Positions 22,601-32,605 of a stretch of DNA of 64,000 nucleotides are shown in pieces. Both the position numbers and the translations under genes were made by a program. The notes under the pieces are model-generated. The model made no database searches, was not told the origin of the DNA, and was given only the letters and a program-made list of their open reading frames with translations. Source of the DNA: Octopus sinensis (Eukaryota); assembly GCF_006345805.1 (NCBI RefSeq), contig NC_043007.1, forward strand, positions 25,296,001 to 25,360,000, written 5' to 3'. Every line of letters begins with the position of its first letter. The first letter of the stretch is position 1.

Positions 22601-24503
22601 CGCTCCAGGTAGTGCCGCAGCAGAAGGATTTTAGGCCGTAGTGCATGGGGTTCATTTACCTTTTAAGATGGTAGTGCAATTTGAGGAAGATTTGGCTGTT
22701 ATTTCTAGCATTATGAACAACCACAAATGGACTCCTGTCAAATGTTTTTCCTTTTTTAAATATACTTAAATATGATTTGAGAGGAGTCAAGCGGCTATTT
22801 CTAACAAATTGAGTAACCACGTGGATAATCCCCCATCCTTTGTTTTATAATAAGGTATTAGTTTTATTTTAAATCTTAAATGCATGAGAAGCCTGCCACG
22901 AGACGACAGGAAAGTTCAGATGCATATACGTGGTCGTTCGATCTGCTGGAAATAGCAACCAAGTTTCACTCAAGCCCGACAGTGTCAAAGAAAAAGAAAA
23001 GAAAGGGAATAAAGAAAGAAAAGGTCGCATTAAATACATAACGTAGTTCTAGACATTCACAGTAGACGATATGGTTGCGGCTGAATGCTAGTTCGGAGTT
23101 GACCTGTAGCTAAACAAGATAATTTGAAAAGGAAGGCACGTCCTTTTTATAGAGAGGAACCGTCTTAGAATGGATATCAGATTTGGGCGATCTTTCGTCT
23201 CTAGTAGACCTTTCCGTCGATTACACAACATACTGTCTGTCTCCCACACCCCATCAAACACACACACACACACACACACATGTACATCAATGCTCCCATG
23301 CACGGTAACTTCAAAAGAACTTCCCTCGTCATACAATCGCTTTCTCTTAGTCTCTTTCGCTCTCATTACTTCAAAAGTTCCCGCAAGCCCATATGTAAAA
23401 AAAAAAAAAATTTTTTACGGAAATCGACGGAAAGGTCTACTAGAGACGAAAGATTGACCAGATTTGTTTAGGATTTTTTTAAAATACTAAATATTATAAA
23501 ATAGAGTGTCTGTGAAGGCCAAAAAATTTCTTTTTTTTTATCATATATTTTTTATTCCGTCATAAAATCCAAAGTAACACAAACAGCGTTAAGAGAATAG
23601 TTGTATGGAAGAAAAAGAAGCAACTAATAATTTGACATGGCAGAAGAATATCTATGCAAAATAAACAGATTTTAATCACAAAAGGACATCTTTTTGATCA
23701 ACCTTGAAAAAAAATGTAAAATGCGGAGACTGACAAAACTGGAAAAAGTACGAGAGAAAGAGGAAAAACGGTAAAAGGTTATAGGGGTCAGATTGTATGT
23801 CACGGATTTTAAAAGGGTTTTTAGCATACAGAATAAAACTAATATGTAATCTATTAAGATTTATTCTTCTTTAGATGTAAATGGGAGGCTATGGGAGCTA
23901 ATAAAATATAAACGAAGAATGAGAAATCATAAAAATCGATTCAGGGCGAAATAAAAATAATTTCCTGTGATAAATGTATTTGTTAATAACAACAATTAAG
24001 GATCATAATTATATTATAATTAGTAAGTGCTAATCGAAGAGAAAGCAAAGATGTTAATCGGACGTATTTTCCCTTATCAATAACATTTGCCGGTAAAGAA
24101 GCTATTTAGATGCGCACATGCTTTTTATACCACTCAATGGACCCTTCCCAATTAATTATCACTAGATGTATATATAGACGTGTGTGTATATTCAAATCTC
24201 AAGTAAATTTACTTGAATGTTATTTAACATTTACTATACAAGCTACTTTTGAATGCGTAAATGCTTTCATTTTTAAGGGAATCTAGCGTGTGCCCTTCTA
24301 AATTAACGATCCCTACACCTGTACGTATGTATGTGCGCGTGTTCAAATCTCGACTAAGTTTACCTGAATATGGCTGGATTTTTTGGAAAACATGTTTGTC
24401 TTTCCAAACAGACACTTCTGGTGAGAGGCGATTGTCTGGTGAAATGTGAAGTAAAAGATGGTAAGATTCTGCAGATCCGAGCAGCTCGCACCAACGATGC
24501 CAT
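789..24503 (-). CDS. LRPPRC: LRPPRC (leucine-rich PPR-motif protein, mitochondrial), 5' 14 coding exons, ~492 codons; probably continues left of the window
   Basis: Manually spliced minus-strand exons 24503-24364, 21066-20894, 18870-18748, 17641-17520, 13565-13507, 12656-12570, 10935-10897, 10053-9966, 9737-9633, 7711-7520, 6188-6083, 3401-3364, 2050-1981, 922-789 join in frame with GT-AG sites. Translation: MASLVRAAR...AQALLLLRSLGSSL...THYNALLRNHLQN...[30 protein letters not shown]...VFNSLITGHFRAGD...PSCDTYVAL...VRKHFFWP...YIIP. It has tandem 35-aa PPR repeats and is colinear with human LRPPRC as recalled ([69 protein letters not shown]). Confidence 0.95.
1005..1355 (+). mobile_element. Family D: 3' end of an RTE-type LINE or its derivative, (GAT)n tail
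   Basis: Tandem GTGCCnGTGGCAC hairpins, GGTTGGCGTTAGGAAGGGCATCCAGC, AAACGATGATGAT tail. Copies at ~5745-5930, 10110-10660, 15211-15430, 20230-20780, 37360-37585, 44085-44470, 44570-44800, 45700-45925, 47745-48110, 59660-59880. Confidence 0.75.
1981..2050 (-). CDS. LRPPRC: LRPPRC exon 13 (70 nt)
   Basis: ttttctacacag| acceptor; NIPVRKHFFWPAFCQFSESNNKE; donor G|GTAAGG. Confidence 0.94.
2200..2575 (-). mobile_element. RTE-clade LINE 3' fragment (ORF2 C-terminus)
   Basis: Translates WLGHALRRQPGEFIY...GGQRKTWLMTVKADLEP...VWSAFVRDA, with a (CAAGA)-like tail; second copy at 14644-14892 (+). Confidence 0.75.
2761..2924. repeat. Near-perfect palindrome, ~80-bp arms
   Basis: Arms 2761-2841 and 2845-2924, 3-nt loop, 5 differences. 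Confidence 0.95.
3364..3401 (-). CDS. LRPPRC: LRPPRC exon 12 (38-nt micro-exon)
   Basis: Long U-tract then tttctag|; (D)FALELINRIAAE; donor AG|GTAAGT. Confidence 0.92.
3434..3692 (-). mobile_element. tRNA-headed SINE with Penelope-type hammerhead-like tail (family G)
   Basis: Head GCATATGGCATAGTGGTTAAGAGCGCGGGCTACTAACC...GAGTTCGATTCC, (AAT)n, then GACACCTGATGAAGGCTGG...; other copies at ~15126-15570 (-) and ~15575-16220 (+). Confidence 0.75.
4180..4595 (-). mobile_element. SINE family A (MetaSINE-like centre), tandem dimer
   Basis: Head GGCGGCGAGCTGGCAGAAACGTTAGC, B-box GTTCAAATTC, GCCTTTCATCCTTTCGGGGTCGATAAATTAAGTACCAG (recalled Meta-domain motif); two units. Confidence 0.85.
4685..5510 (+). 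mobile_element. SINE family A tandem multimer (3-4 units, one interrupted by a family D fragment)
   Basis: Repeated GAAATAGGTATTTC junctions at ~4896 and ~5177. Confidence 0.8.
6083..6188 (-). CDS. LRPPRC: LRPPRC exon 11 (106 nt)
   Basis: atatttcag| acceptor; SVDKVCEYVDRMRNEGWNKDDLCFPTQMAYIYNKT; donor AG|GTAAGG. Confidence 0.92.
6205..6905. repeat. Degenerate purine-rich minisatellite (GTTGTAGAGTGAnTGACTG-like)
   Basis: About 20-bp units with larger internal duplicated blocks. Confidence 0.85.
7520..7711 (-). CDS. LRPPRC: LRPPRC exon 10 (192 nt)
   Basis: tttttgttaag| acceptor; LIPKLSSFRSWNQDAISWINQLICFGHDQIAFEVF...LGRFFIRALVKSEV; donor |GTACGT. Confidence 0.92.
8459..8680 (-). mobile_element. 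SINE family A monomer with 18-bp TSD
   Basis: TSD TGACCCTGCCAATATACC at 8441-8458 and 8681-8698. Confidence 0.9.
9080..9545 (-). mobile_element. CR1-clade LINE 3' fragment
   Basis: ORF 9186-9506: LKLRRLAADL...HGHVYKVRKQHSSHDFRKHFFTLRVAEAWNKL, the CR1 ORF2 terminal motif RxxFFSxRVxxxWNxL. Confidence 0.8.
9633..9737 (-). CDS. LRPPRC: LRPPRC exon 9 (105 nt)
   Basis: ttttgtag| acceptor; ILQEAEDDGILVRPFVLLRLIFEMAQNNQQEMASK; donor AG|GTCAGT; phase 0-0. Confidence 0.9.
9966..10053 (-). CDS. LRPPRC: LRPPRC exon 8 (88 nt)
   Basis: taatcttcag| acceptor; TAGLEPSCDTYVALACGYIEQGQGEHVEK; donor |GTAAGA. Confidence 0.94.
10897..10935 (-). CDS. LRPPRC: LRPPRC exon 7 (39-nt micro-exon)
   Basis: ctctccatccag| acceptor; DPESAKEILNVMK; donor |GTAAGT; phase 2 on both sides, filling the PPR repeat. 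Confidence 0.93.
11193..11607 (-). mobile_element. SINE family A dimer with 19-bp TSD
   Basis: TSD TACTGACAG(G/A)CATTCAACT at 11174-11192 and 11608-11626. Confidence 0.9.
11770..11990. mobile_element. piggyBac-type MITE (221 bp)
   Basis: TTAA|CCCTTTTGATACCA...TGGTAACAAAAGAG|TTAA. Confidence 0.75.
12570..12656 (-). CDS. LRPPRC: LRPPRC exon 6 (87 nt)
   Basis: ttgacag| acceptor; KILEHMKSSDLPIGEQVFNSLITGHFRAG; donor |GTAAGT. Confidence 0.96.
12871..13300 (-). mobile_element. RTE-clade LINE 3' fragment, second subfamily
   Basis: Frameshifted ...ELIHDVLLPPPLPNWCKRTGGQLKTWATTIKEDL...RRWNREWL...RAWAAMVRDAV; CAAGTACAAGTA tail. Confidence 0.75.
13507..13565 (-). CDS. LRPPRC: LRPPRC exon 5 (59 nt)
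   Basis: ctctgttcaag| acceptor; [19 protein letters not shown]; donor AG|GTAAGA. Confidence 0.96.
13699..14482 (-). mobile_element. SINE family A tetramer (184-bp period) with 15-bp TSD
   Basis: Units start at 13699, 13883, 14067, 14251; TSD ATGGTACAAC(G/T)ATGT at 13684-13698 and 14483-14497. Confidence 0.92.
16838..17238. repeat. Inverted repeat, ~135-bp arms, ~131-bp spacer
   Basis: Each arm is a SINE B head plus adjacent non-SINE sequence. Confidence 0.92.
17520..17641 (-). CDS. LRPPRC: LRPPRC exon 4 (122 nt)
   Basis: tttacag| acceptor; LQFDVTHYNALLRNHLQNNHSFEPSEFLAVMEKNQIEPNR; donor |GTAAGT. Confidence 0.96.
18748..18870 (-). CDS. LRPPRC: LRPPRC exon 3 (123 nt)
   Basis: aaaacag| acceptor; GTVTSAQALLLLRSLGSSLFDEHPKFRSETTLKTWDKFQEYG; donor G|GTAAAT. 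Confidence 0.95.
19643..20005 (+). mobile_element. SINE family B, diverged copy
   Basis: Same head, core and tail motifs. Confidence 0.75.
20100..20225 (+). mobile_element. LINE reverse-transcriptase fragment (YADD)
   Basis: KTGCPWELLYADDLALIAESLSELDEKFQVWKQGLES, directly followed by family D sequence. Confidence 0.85.
20894..21066 (-). CDS. LRPPRC: LRPPRC exon 2 (173 nt)
   Basis: ttacttatag|G acceptor; CASTQAEAAP...ERLMVSVETNLYRFGRVSYNQVRDFMDEINKA; donor G|GTACAT. Confidence 0.9.
21181..21561 (-). mobile_element. tRNA-Arg-like SINE family C (tail ...GTCGTAACCGACGGAGTGCT)
   Basis: Head GGAGGCGCAATGGCCCAGTGGTTAGGGCAGCGGACTCGCGG...GGTTTCGATTCC; related copies at 28912-29225 (-) and 48186-48507 (+). 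Confidence 0.8.
21661..22050 (+). mobile_element. SINE family B, full-length diverged copy
   Basis: Same motifs with CpG decay. Confidence 0.8.
23190..23454. repeat. Perfect 33-bp inverted repeat, ~200-bp spacer
   Basis: ATCTTTCGTCTCTAGTAGACCTTTCCGTCGATT at 23190-23222; reverse complement at 23422-23454. Confidence 0.95.
24364..24503 (-). CDS. LRPPRC: LRPPRC coding exon 1 (mitochondrial targeting peptide)
   Basis: caacATGG start; MASLVRAARICRILPSFTSHFTRQSPLTRSVCLERQTCFPKNPAIF is Arg/Ser/Leu-rich with one acidic residue; donor AG|GTAAAC, phase 2. Confidence 0.88.
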
Positions 24504-24800
24504 GTTGTAGAAGTGGTCGCCCTCTAAATGAAGGGCAATGACATTCACAAACTATGTACCTGCCTTGCAAATGTTCCGGTCGGATTAACTGTATAAACAC
24601 TCTATCGGAAATATTTTTGCTCTTATTTACCATTTTATTATTTTTTTAAATAGAAAAAAGACGAAATATCTTTATAAGATGAAAATTCTTCAGCCTATTA
24701 ACCTGATTTTTAGGGAAATAAGTCGGGCAGTTTAACACAACCGGTAATACGCCGGACACATGTTTTGCGTTATTATTTACGTTCCTTCACGTTTTGTGTT
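24504..24800 (-). promoter_or_regulatory. Likely LRPPRC 5' UTR / proximal promoter
   Basis: Unique, relatively CpG-rich sequence directly upstream of the ATG; no specific motif recognised. Confidence 0.4.
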
Positions 24801-25241
24801 CAAATCACTCTGCAGTCAATTTAGTTGGCTTTCGGCCTTCAGAATAAGAAGATAATGTAAAATAACTAGTAGAGAATTAGAGTCGATTTAATCACAACAA
24901 AAACTGAGATTTGTGCGACTACAGTAAACGCTTAAGAAAAAAAAACTCACTTTAATCAAATACTTAGTAATTTTTTAATGAAGAAAAGGCAATTTATTAA
25001 TAAGTTTCTGTCTTGATTATTTACATAACTAACATTATTAATCACGATTTACAAATGTAAATATTAAAAATGACCAAAAATTAGTGTAATTAATAGTAAT
25101 ATACACTCTTCATTTTGTTTAGACTGCATAAAAATGACTTTCACATAGACCCAACAGATTAGGAACGTGCATAGTAAAGAATATTCCTCTAATAAAGCAC
25201 TAATCCCAAATTATAGGTCGTGGTATAATTCTGAAAGGGTT

Positions 25242-25583
25242 AAGGCTGAGAGCTGGCAGAAACGTTAGCACGCGGGGTGAAATGCGTAGCCGTATTTCGT
25301 CTGCCATTACGTTCTGAGTTCAAATTCCGCCGAGGTCGACTTTACCTTTCATCCTTTCGGGAGTCGATTAAATAAGTACCAGTTACGCACTGGGGTCGAT
25401 ATAATCGACTTTATCCGTTTGTTTGTCTCCTCTGTGTTTACCCCCTTGTGGGTAGTAAATAAATAGGTATTTCATCTGCCGCTACGTTCTGAGTTCAAAT
25501 TCCGCCGAGGTCGACTTTACCTTTCATTCTTTCGGGGTCGATTAAATAAGTACCAGTTACGCACTGGGTAGTGAAGAAATAAA
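25242..25583 (+). mobile_element. SINE family A dimer (second unit internally deleted) with 19-bp TSD
   Basis: TSD GTATAATTCTGAAAGGGTT at 25223-25241 and 25584-25602. Confidence 0.88.
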
Positions 25584-26074
25584 GTATAATTCTGAAAGGG
25601 TTGCGAATACAGATATTGTTTCTTTCGTTGTCATTCACATGGGGGGGAAATGAGTAAAAAAGAAATAAAGGTACACACACACTTTCCCCAGGCTTACATA
25701 TCACACCAGGATATAATTTTACTTCTGAAAATACTGACAAAAAGTTAAAATGTTCGTGAATATAAATCATCTGAGGTGCAGCACAATAGTTACTGCAAAC
25801 AAAACTGAGGAATATTTCTGAACAAATTAGCAAATGTTAAGCACATGTTATTCGTTTTCTTTAAATATTTATAAAGGAGGCGGGGTCGATTTAAAAAAAA
25901 TTATATTCAAAAGAAAAGTGGGTGTAGTTTTGTCCAGATAGGTCGCGATGTTAAAAATTAAGAATCACAGTTAAATGATAAGCTAAATGTGCAAGAATTT
26001 TTGCAGGAAATATCCTTCAGATCTCCCCTGACCCTCGAAAGTCAGATCTTGTGCAAATGTTAGAACCCAATATC

Positions 26075-26463
26075 TCTCTTTTACTTGTTTCAGTCATTTG
26101 ACTGCGGCCATGCTGGAGCACCGCCTTTAGTCGAGCAAATCGACCCCGGAACTTTTTCTTTGTAAGCCCAGTACTTATTCTATCGGTCTCTTCTGCCGAA
26201 CCGCTAAGTGACGGGGACGTAAACACACCAGCATCGGTTGTCAAGCAATGCTAAGGGGACAAACACAGACACACAAACACACACACATACATATATATAT
26301 ACATATATACGACAGGCTTCTTTCAGTTTCCGTCTACCAAATCCACTCACAAGGCATTGGTCGGCCCGGGGCTATAGCAGAAGACACTTGCCCAAGATGC
26401 CACGCAGTGGGACTGAACCCGGAACCATGTGGTTGGTAAGCAAGCTACTTACCACACAGCCAC
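26075..26463 (-). mobile_element. SINE family B, near-consensus copy
   Basis: Full head-to-tail match to the 248-633 copy; CpGs intact. Confidence 0.85.
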
Positions 26464-26625
26464 TCAGAATTATAATCAGTCGTGATTGAACAATTACTGT
26501 GCTGATGACGTCTATTGCGACAGAAACAAATGCACAATGCTATCTTCTTTTTGCATCAATTGTAGTTCGTCTATGTTGTTGCTATTTTATCTTTTCTTTA
26601 AATTAACCTCTAACTCAGGTAACCT

Positions 26626-26683
<58 letters not shown>

Positions 26684-26931
26684 TTCGAAACGTTTAGTAG
26701 ATGAAATCTTAGCGACTGAAGAAGGGGATTTTTCGTTGTGCTTATTGTCCTGTATCTCTCCCTTTTTTTTTTTTTTTGCTTGTCTTGTTCCTTGGTTTAT
26801 GTCTATGTGTTTCGTCTCTCTATGTGTTCGACGTCTTTTTGGTGTCCTGTACACATATATGCGTGTATATGTACATGTAGAGGTAGGTACGTACATATAT
26901 GTTTATATATATGCATATATTCTATTTTATT

Positions 26932-26973
<42 letters not shown>

Positions 26974-26974
<1 letters not shown>

Positions 26975-27369
26975 TAGCAGTATCGCCCGGCGTTGCTCGG
27001 GTTTGTAAGGGAAATAACTATATAAGCATTTTTAGAGAGTTATAGCCCAAATATAGCAAAAAAATGTATTAAAAATGGAAAAAAAATTATGGTAAATTTT
27101 TTTTAAATCGTTGACTCATCGTAGACAGTTTTAGAGAGTTACTTCCCTTATATAATAGCGAAAAAATGCATTAAAATGGAAAAAAATTATGGTAAATTTT
27201 TTTTAAATCGTAGACTCATCGTAGACGCGCGCTAATACCCAGAAGGGCTTGATATGAATCACGACTATAAGATACCCGGTTTTGGTTAAACTGCACCGCA
27301 AAATGTGGGAATAGTTAGGAATCTAAATCGCAGGAGACAGACACACAACTTGACTTTTATATATAAAGA
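26974..27369 (-). mobile_element. Non-autonomous Helitron (~396 bp)
   Basis: On minus: A|TCTTTATATATAAA 5' end, subterminal GC hairpin CCCGAGCAACGCCGGG, CTAG|T 3' end; no TSD. Confidence 0.85.
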
Positions 27370-29334
27370 TATGTTTACTTCTATTTTTACGATGGCTAGG
27401 ATTTTTGTTTTTAGCACGTCGAAAGACTTCGTAAAGATACCATTGTTAGTTCGCGCTTCGGGAGAGAGTAACGAGAAGAGCTCTTTCTCAGAGGTCATTT
27501 TACTGAGTTTTGTTTTTTTAATTTTTATTTTTAATTCTGAACACCGAAATTTTCTGCAAAGTGCGTAGATTCCCTTGACTTTTTGAACAGAATTAAAACT
27601 AGGCGTGGCTAGTATAGTAAGAAGTCTGCTTCTCAGGTACATGGTTCCGGGTTTACTCCCTCCCACGCAGTGGAACTAAATCCGGAATTATCATCTTCTG
27701 TAGCCCTGGGCCCGCTTGTTAGTGGATATGTCAGACCGAAACTCAAAGAACCCTCGCGTTTGTGTGTGTGTGCGTGCGTGTGTGTGTTTGTGTATGTGTG
27801 TGTGTGTGTGCGTGCGCGTGTGTATGTAAGAATGTATGTTTTCGTGCTTGTGTTGTCTCCCACCACAGCTTGACAACCAGTGTTGGCTTGGTTTCTTTAC
27901 GTTCCCATAACTTGGCGATTCGGCAAAAAGAGACTGATAGAATAAGTACCAGGCTCAGAAAAAAATTACTGGGGTCGATTTGTTCGACTAAACTCTTCAA
28001 AGCATTGTCCCAGCATGGTCGGGACAAGATTACAGATAAAAGACACTTTTGTATGGAATTTATAGTATAACAAAATGTTTACAAAAGTATTAAAGTATAT
28101 TCCTAATTAATTCCTTAAAGATTATTTTCCCATTATGAAACTCGAAGAACTCTACTTCGATCGACAGTAAAACAAAGAATTTCCCATTAAAATCAAAAGT
28201 CAGGGTGAATTTTCTTGTCAGCCAAGCTCGTGTTCCAAGTTGTGGAGTAGACGAGTAAAGGGAAATAACTGTATTTATATCGTCGTCCAACCAGTGGATT
28301 TGTTCTTGCTATTCTTTAGTTCTATGACTGCCCTGATTAAACAGACCCAGTCAAAAGACATTCCGACCTTAAGATAATAGGTTGACTGGATTTGAAAGAT
28401 ATCTCTTGCGGTTTCAACGATCACGTTGAAGATCTTCTGTGTTGCATAAAGTGAAATGCTTAAGATACTCACTTTTCATTCACGTTGTTCTGTGTTCGAT
28501 TTCAGTACGAGGCACCTTCAGTGGATCCTAGCTTTCTGGGAGAAACTGGTTTGGGGGAGACTGAGAAGAACGCGTCGGTTAAATTGTACCCATAATTTTA
28601 AGGTTTGGCCTTGTAACACTTTTATGCCAATTCCACTTGAGAATTACGATAAGGGTGCACGTGACTTTGGAATACTCAACCACTTACCCGCTAATTCGGT
28701 TTAGCAGGAAGTTCAATTGATCGAACGACTGAATACTCATTGTCGAAATCAGCAGAGGTTAATATATTTCAGTCGTTGAAGTTTAATCCAGTAGACTCAT
28801 GATCAAAGGAGCTGTGGTTTGTAGGTGTTAGGAATGGTAGCCAGCCATAGAAACCATTCCAAAGCAGATACTGCCAAACCACCGTCCAGCCCATCCCAGC
28901 ATGAAAAACTGGCACTCCGTCGGTTACGACGAGGAGTGTTCTAGTTAATCCGATCAACAAAACAGTCTGCTTGTGAAATTAACGAGCAAGTGGTTGAGCA
29001 CTCCACAGACACGTGTACCCTTAATGTAGATCTTAGTGAGATCCGGTGCTACAAAGAATGTAACAAGGCTGGCCCTTTGAATTACAGGTACTACTCATTT
29101 TTGCCAGCTGAGTGGACTGGAATAATGTGGAGAAATAAAGTATCTTGCTTAAGGACACAGCATGCTGCTGGCTATCGAACCACGATCACGAGCCTAATGT
29201 CCCTAATCACTAAGCCTTGTACATTCTAGTATGAGTATAGACATTAAATGGTGATAATACAAGGCTGATTGGCTTGAGAGGTTAGCTTCTCAACTACATG
29301 GTTTTGGGTTCAATTCTGCAGTATGGTGCCTTAA

Positions 29335-29553
29335 CCCTTTAGTGTTCTGATTATTCTATCAAACATAATGCTTATTGATTCACATTGATTTCAATTAATC
29401 ATGCATTATCTCATATCTTCAAGATCTTGATGGTGTAATTACCTAATGTAGAATAACATTGTAAGGTAGGTGTGAGAGCCTGGATCTGGTCAGTTTGAAC
29501 ATAAAACAGATTAAATATTTTGGCCGGATATGGCCAGTTTATATACTAAAGGG
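29335..29553. mobile_element. piggyBac-type MITE (219 bp)
   Basis: TTAA|CCCTTTAGT...ACTAAAGGG|TTAA, inserted into a family B SINE head. Confidence 0.85.
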
Positions 29554-30654
29554 TTAAGCAAGAGTCTTCAGTTATAGCCCATTTATCAAATCCACTCACA
29601 TGGCTTTGATAAATGGTCACTGTATTATGTACGTACTTATGTAAATTACGTATGTATGTATGTGTAGTGGATCATGCATTACTAATCAATCTTATCCGTT
29701 ACATATGTATGCATGCATGCATGCAGGTATGTATTGTATTTTATGGACAAGAAAGTATGTATATAGGAACATACAAATGTGTGTATTTTTGTGTCCCTTT
29801 GTCTTGACATCATGTGATAGTCGTAAATGAGTGTCACTGTTGTACAAGCAGTGTCATTCATTTCCGATATTCTTTGACAACTTTTCTGGTTATGAGGAAA
29901 TAGTGCCATGCTTGAGAACAGGAGAGGCATCTATCTGACCAGAGAAAACTTTCTTCTGTTTGTTTCCTGCAAGCAATGAGATATGGACATTAAATCCAGT
30001 AATAATAATTACGTATTTGTGTATGTGCATGTGTGTGTACATGTATGTTTGTGTGTGTGTGTGTAATACTGATAATTACCATATTTTTTGGCATGTAAGA
30101 CACATTTTCTTTTCCAAATATTCCTCCTAAAAGTTGCCCTACACCTTATATGCTGATGGTCATGCTTTAGCTACACATCGTTAGTGTTATTAACGATGGA
30201 TAATACTGGTGGTGGTGGAAGTCAGTGGTGATATAAGGCGGCGAGCTGGCAGAAACGTTAGCACGCCGGGCGAAATATGTAGCCATTTTTCGTCTGCCGT
30301 TACGTTCTGAGTTCAAATTCCGCCAAGGTTGACTTTGCCTTTCATCCTTTTGGGGTCGATAAATTAAGTACCAGTTACGCACAGGGGTCAATGTAATCGG
30401 CTTAATCCGTTTGTCTGTCCTTGTTTGTCTCCTCTGTGTTTAGCCCCTTGTCGGTAGTAAAGAAATAGGTATTTGATAGAGCTAAAGTAAGTATTGTAAC
30501 TTAGCCTACCATAACAGCTTACCAAAGGGCATCAGTCTAAATTTTCAGTCTTCCTATACATGAAAAATGTATGGAACATTCAGCTAACTGTATTCCAGGT
30601 TAGCTGCAGTTTTTTTCCTCCCACAGATTAAGCCTGCCAAAATTGGGGTTCACT

Positions 30655-31115
30655 TTATATGCCTGTGTGCCTTATATACTTATGTGCCTTATATGCCTGT
30701 ATGCCTCATATGCTGTGTGCCTTATATAACTGTGTGCCTTAGATGATTGTGTGCCTTATATGACTGTGTGCCTTATATAACTGTGTGCCTTATATGACTG
30801 TTCTTATATGCTTGTGTGCCTTATATGCTCATGCACCTCATATGCCCATATGCCTTATACACCTGTGCACCTTATATACCTGAAAGTACAGTACATCCTT
30901 ATATGCCTTATATGTCCATGTGCCTTATATGACTGTGTGCCTTATATGATTGTGTGTCTTATATGACTGTGTGCCTTATCTGACTGTGTGTCTTATATGT
31001 CCATTCACCTTATATACCCATCTTATATGCTTGTGTGCCTTATATGCTCATGCACCTCATATGCCCATATGCCTTATATATCCATGCACCTTATATGACC
31101 GTGTGCCTTATATGC
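30655..31115. repeat. Minisatellite, ~17-bp unit TGTGTGCCTTATATGAC
   Basis: More than 20 degenerate copies; second-order duplication of a ~70-bp block. Confidence 0.9.
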
Positions 31116-31544
31116 CCAAAAGAACAGTACATCTTTGTACACATATACTCTTTTCCATGTCCCAAATCTAATCTCCACCCAAGGATTGCTTCTTCTGATG
31201 TTCACTCATCTACAGAGAACACAAAATCAAAACACATAATTCAGATCACGTCATTCTTATAAAGCTTTATCTTTCTTTATCTGCCTTTATAAACCTTTAT
31301 CTTCATAAACATGTATATATTAAAACTAACCCCTTGGAATAAAAAAGGTCTACTTATTAAAACACCAAAACACACACTTTTTTCTGACATTTATAGATAA
31401 CCTATCCAGTTAGAATTTGATAATTTTAATGGCACTTATATTACTTATCTACATATCTGCAGCACAGAATTTTATCAGTGAACAGGTTTCGGTCTTAAAG
31501 CGACAAAAATATTTTGGCAAATAAAATTTAAATGTTGAAGTTAT

Positions 31545-31925
31545 AGGCGCGGGAGTAACTTCCTTACCAACCACGTGGTTCTGGGTTCATTCCCTCTGTG
31601 TAGCACCTTGGGCAAGTATCTTCTATAACTTCGGGCCGACCAAAGCCTTGTGAATGGATTTGGTAGATGGAAACTGAAAGAAGCCCATTGCATATATGTA
31701 TATATGTATGTGTGTGTATATGTTTGTGTGTCTGTGCTTGTCCCTCCAACATCGCTTGACAACCGATGGTGGTGTATTTACGTTCCCATAACTTAGCGGT
31801 TCGGCAAAAGAGACCAATAGAATAAGTACTAGGCTTACAAAGAATAAGTCCTGTGGTCGATTTGCTCAACTAAAGGCAGTGCTCCAGCATGACTGCAGTC
31901 AAATGACTGAAACAAATAAAAGAAT
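31545..31925 (+). mobile_element. SINE family B, full-length copy
   Basis: Same motifs. Further partial copies at ~1650-1890, 3045-3190, 16560-16915, 17161-17333, 27600-28020, 43180-43310, 57520-57735, 59015-59170. Confidence 0.8.
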
Positions 31926-31992
31926 AAGTGAATCTAATGGTTTTTGTGTTTCTTAATGGCTTATAAACACCTTCCATGCTGCAATTATTATA

Positions 31993-32050
<58 letters not shown>

Positions 32051-32060
<10 letters not shown>

Positions 32061-32526
32061 ATATATATAATAATATATAATAATTTTGGGGTCGATAAAT
32101 AAAGTACCAGTTTCGCACTGGGGGCGATATAATCGACTCAATCCCTTCGTCTGTCCTTGTTTGTCCCCTCTATGTTTAGCCCCTTGTGGGCAGTAAAGAA
32201 ACATATATATATAATAATAATAATTTGAGGGAATATTATTCCAAACTTACAGGAAAAAATTCAATTTAGAACTACTAAATCAAATTTCACAAAATATAAT
32301 ATATACATATAACTTAGAAAAAAAACACCTTTTATCAATTCGAAATGAAAATTAAATTACACCATCTAGAAAATTACATATAATCGAAATATTAAATATA
32401 AGATTACTTAATCATTGTTATATTTTTTATCTTATATTTAATAATTCTATTATATGTAATTTTCTAGATGGTGTAATTTAATTTTCATTTTGAATTGATA
32501 AAAGGTGTTTTGTTTAAAATTTATAT

Positions 32527-32558
<32 letters not shown>

Positions 32559-32567
32559 ATATATATA

Positions 32568-32605
<38 letters not shown>

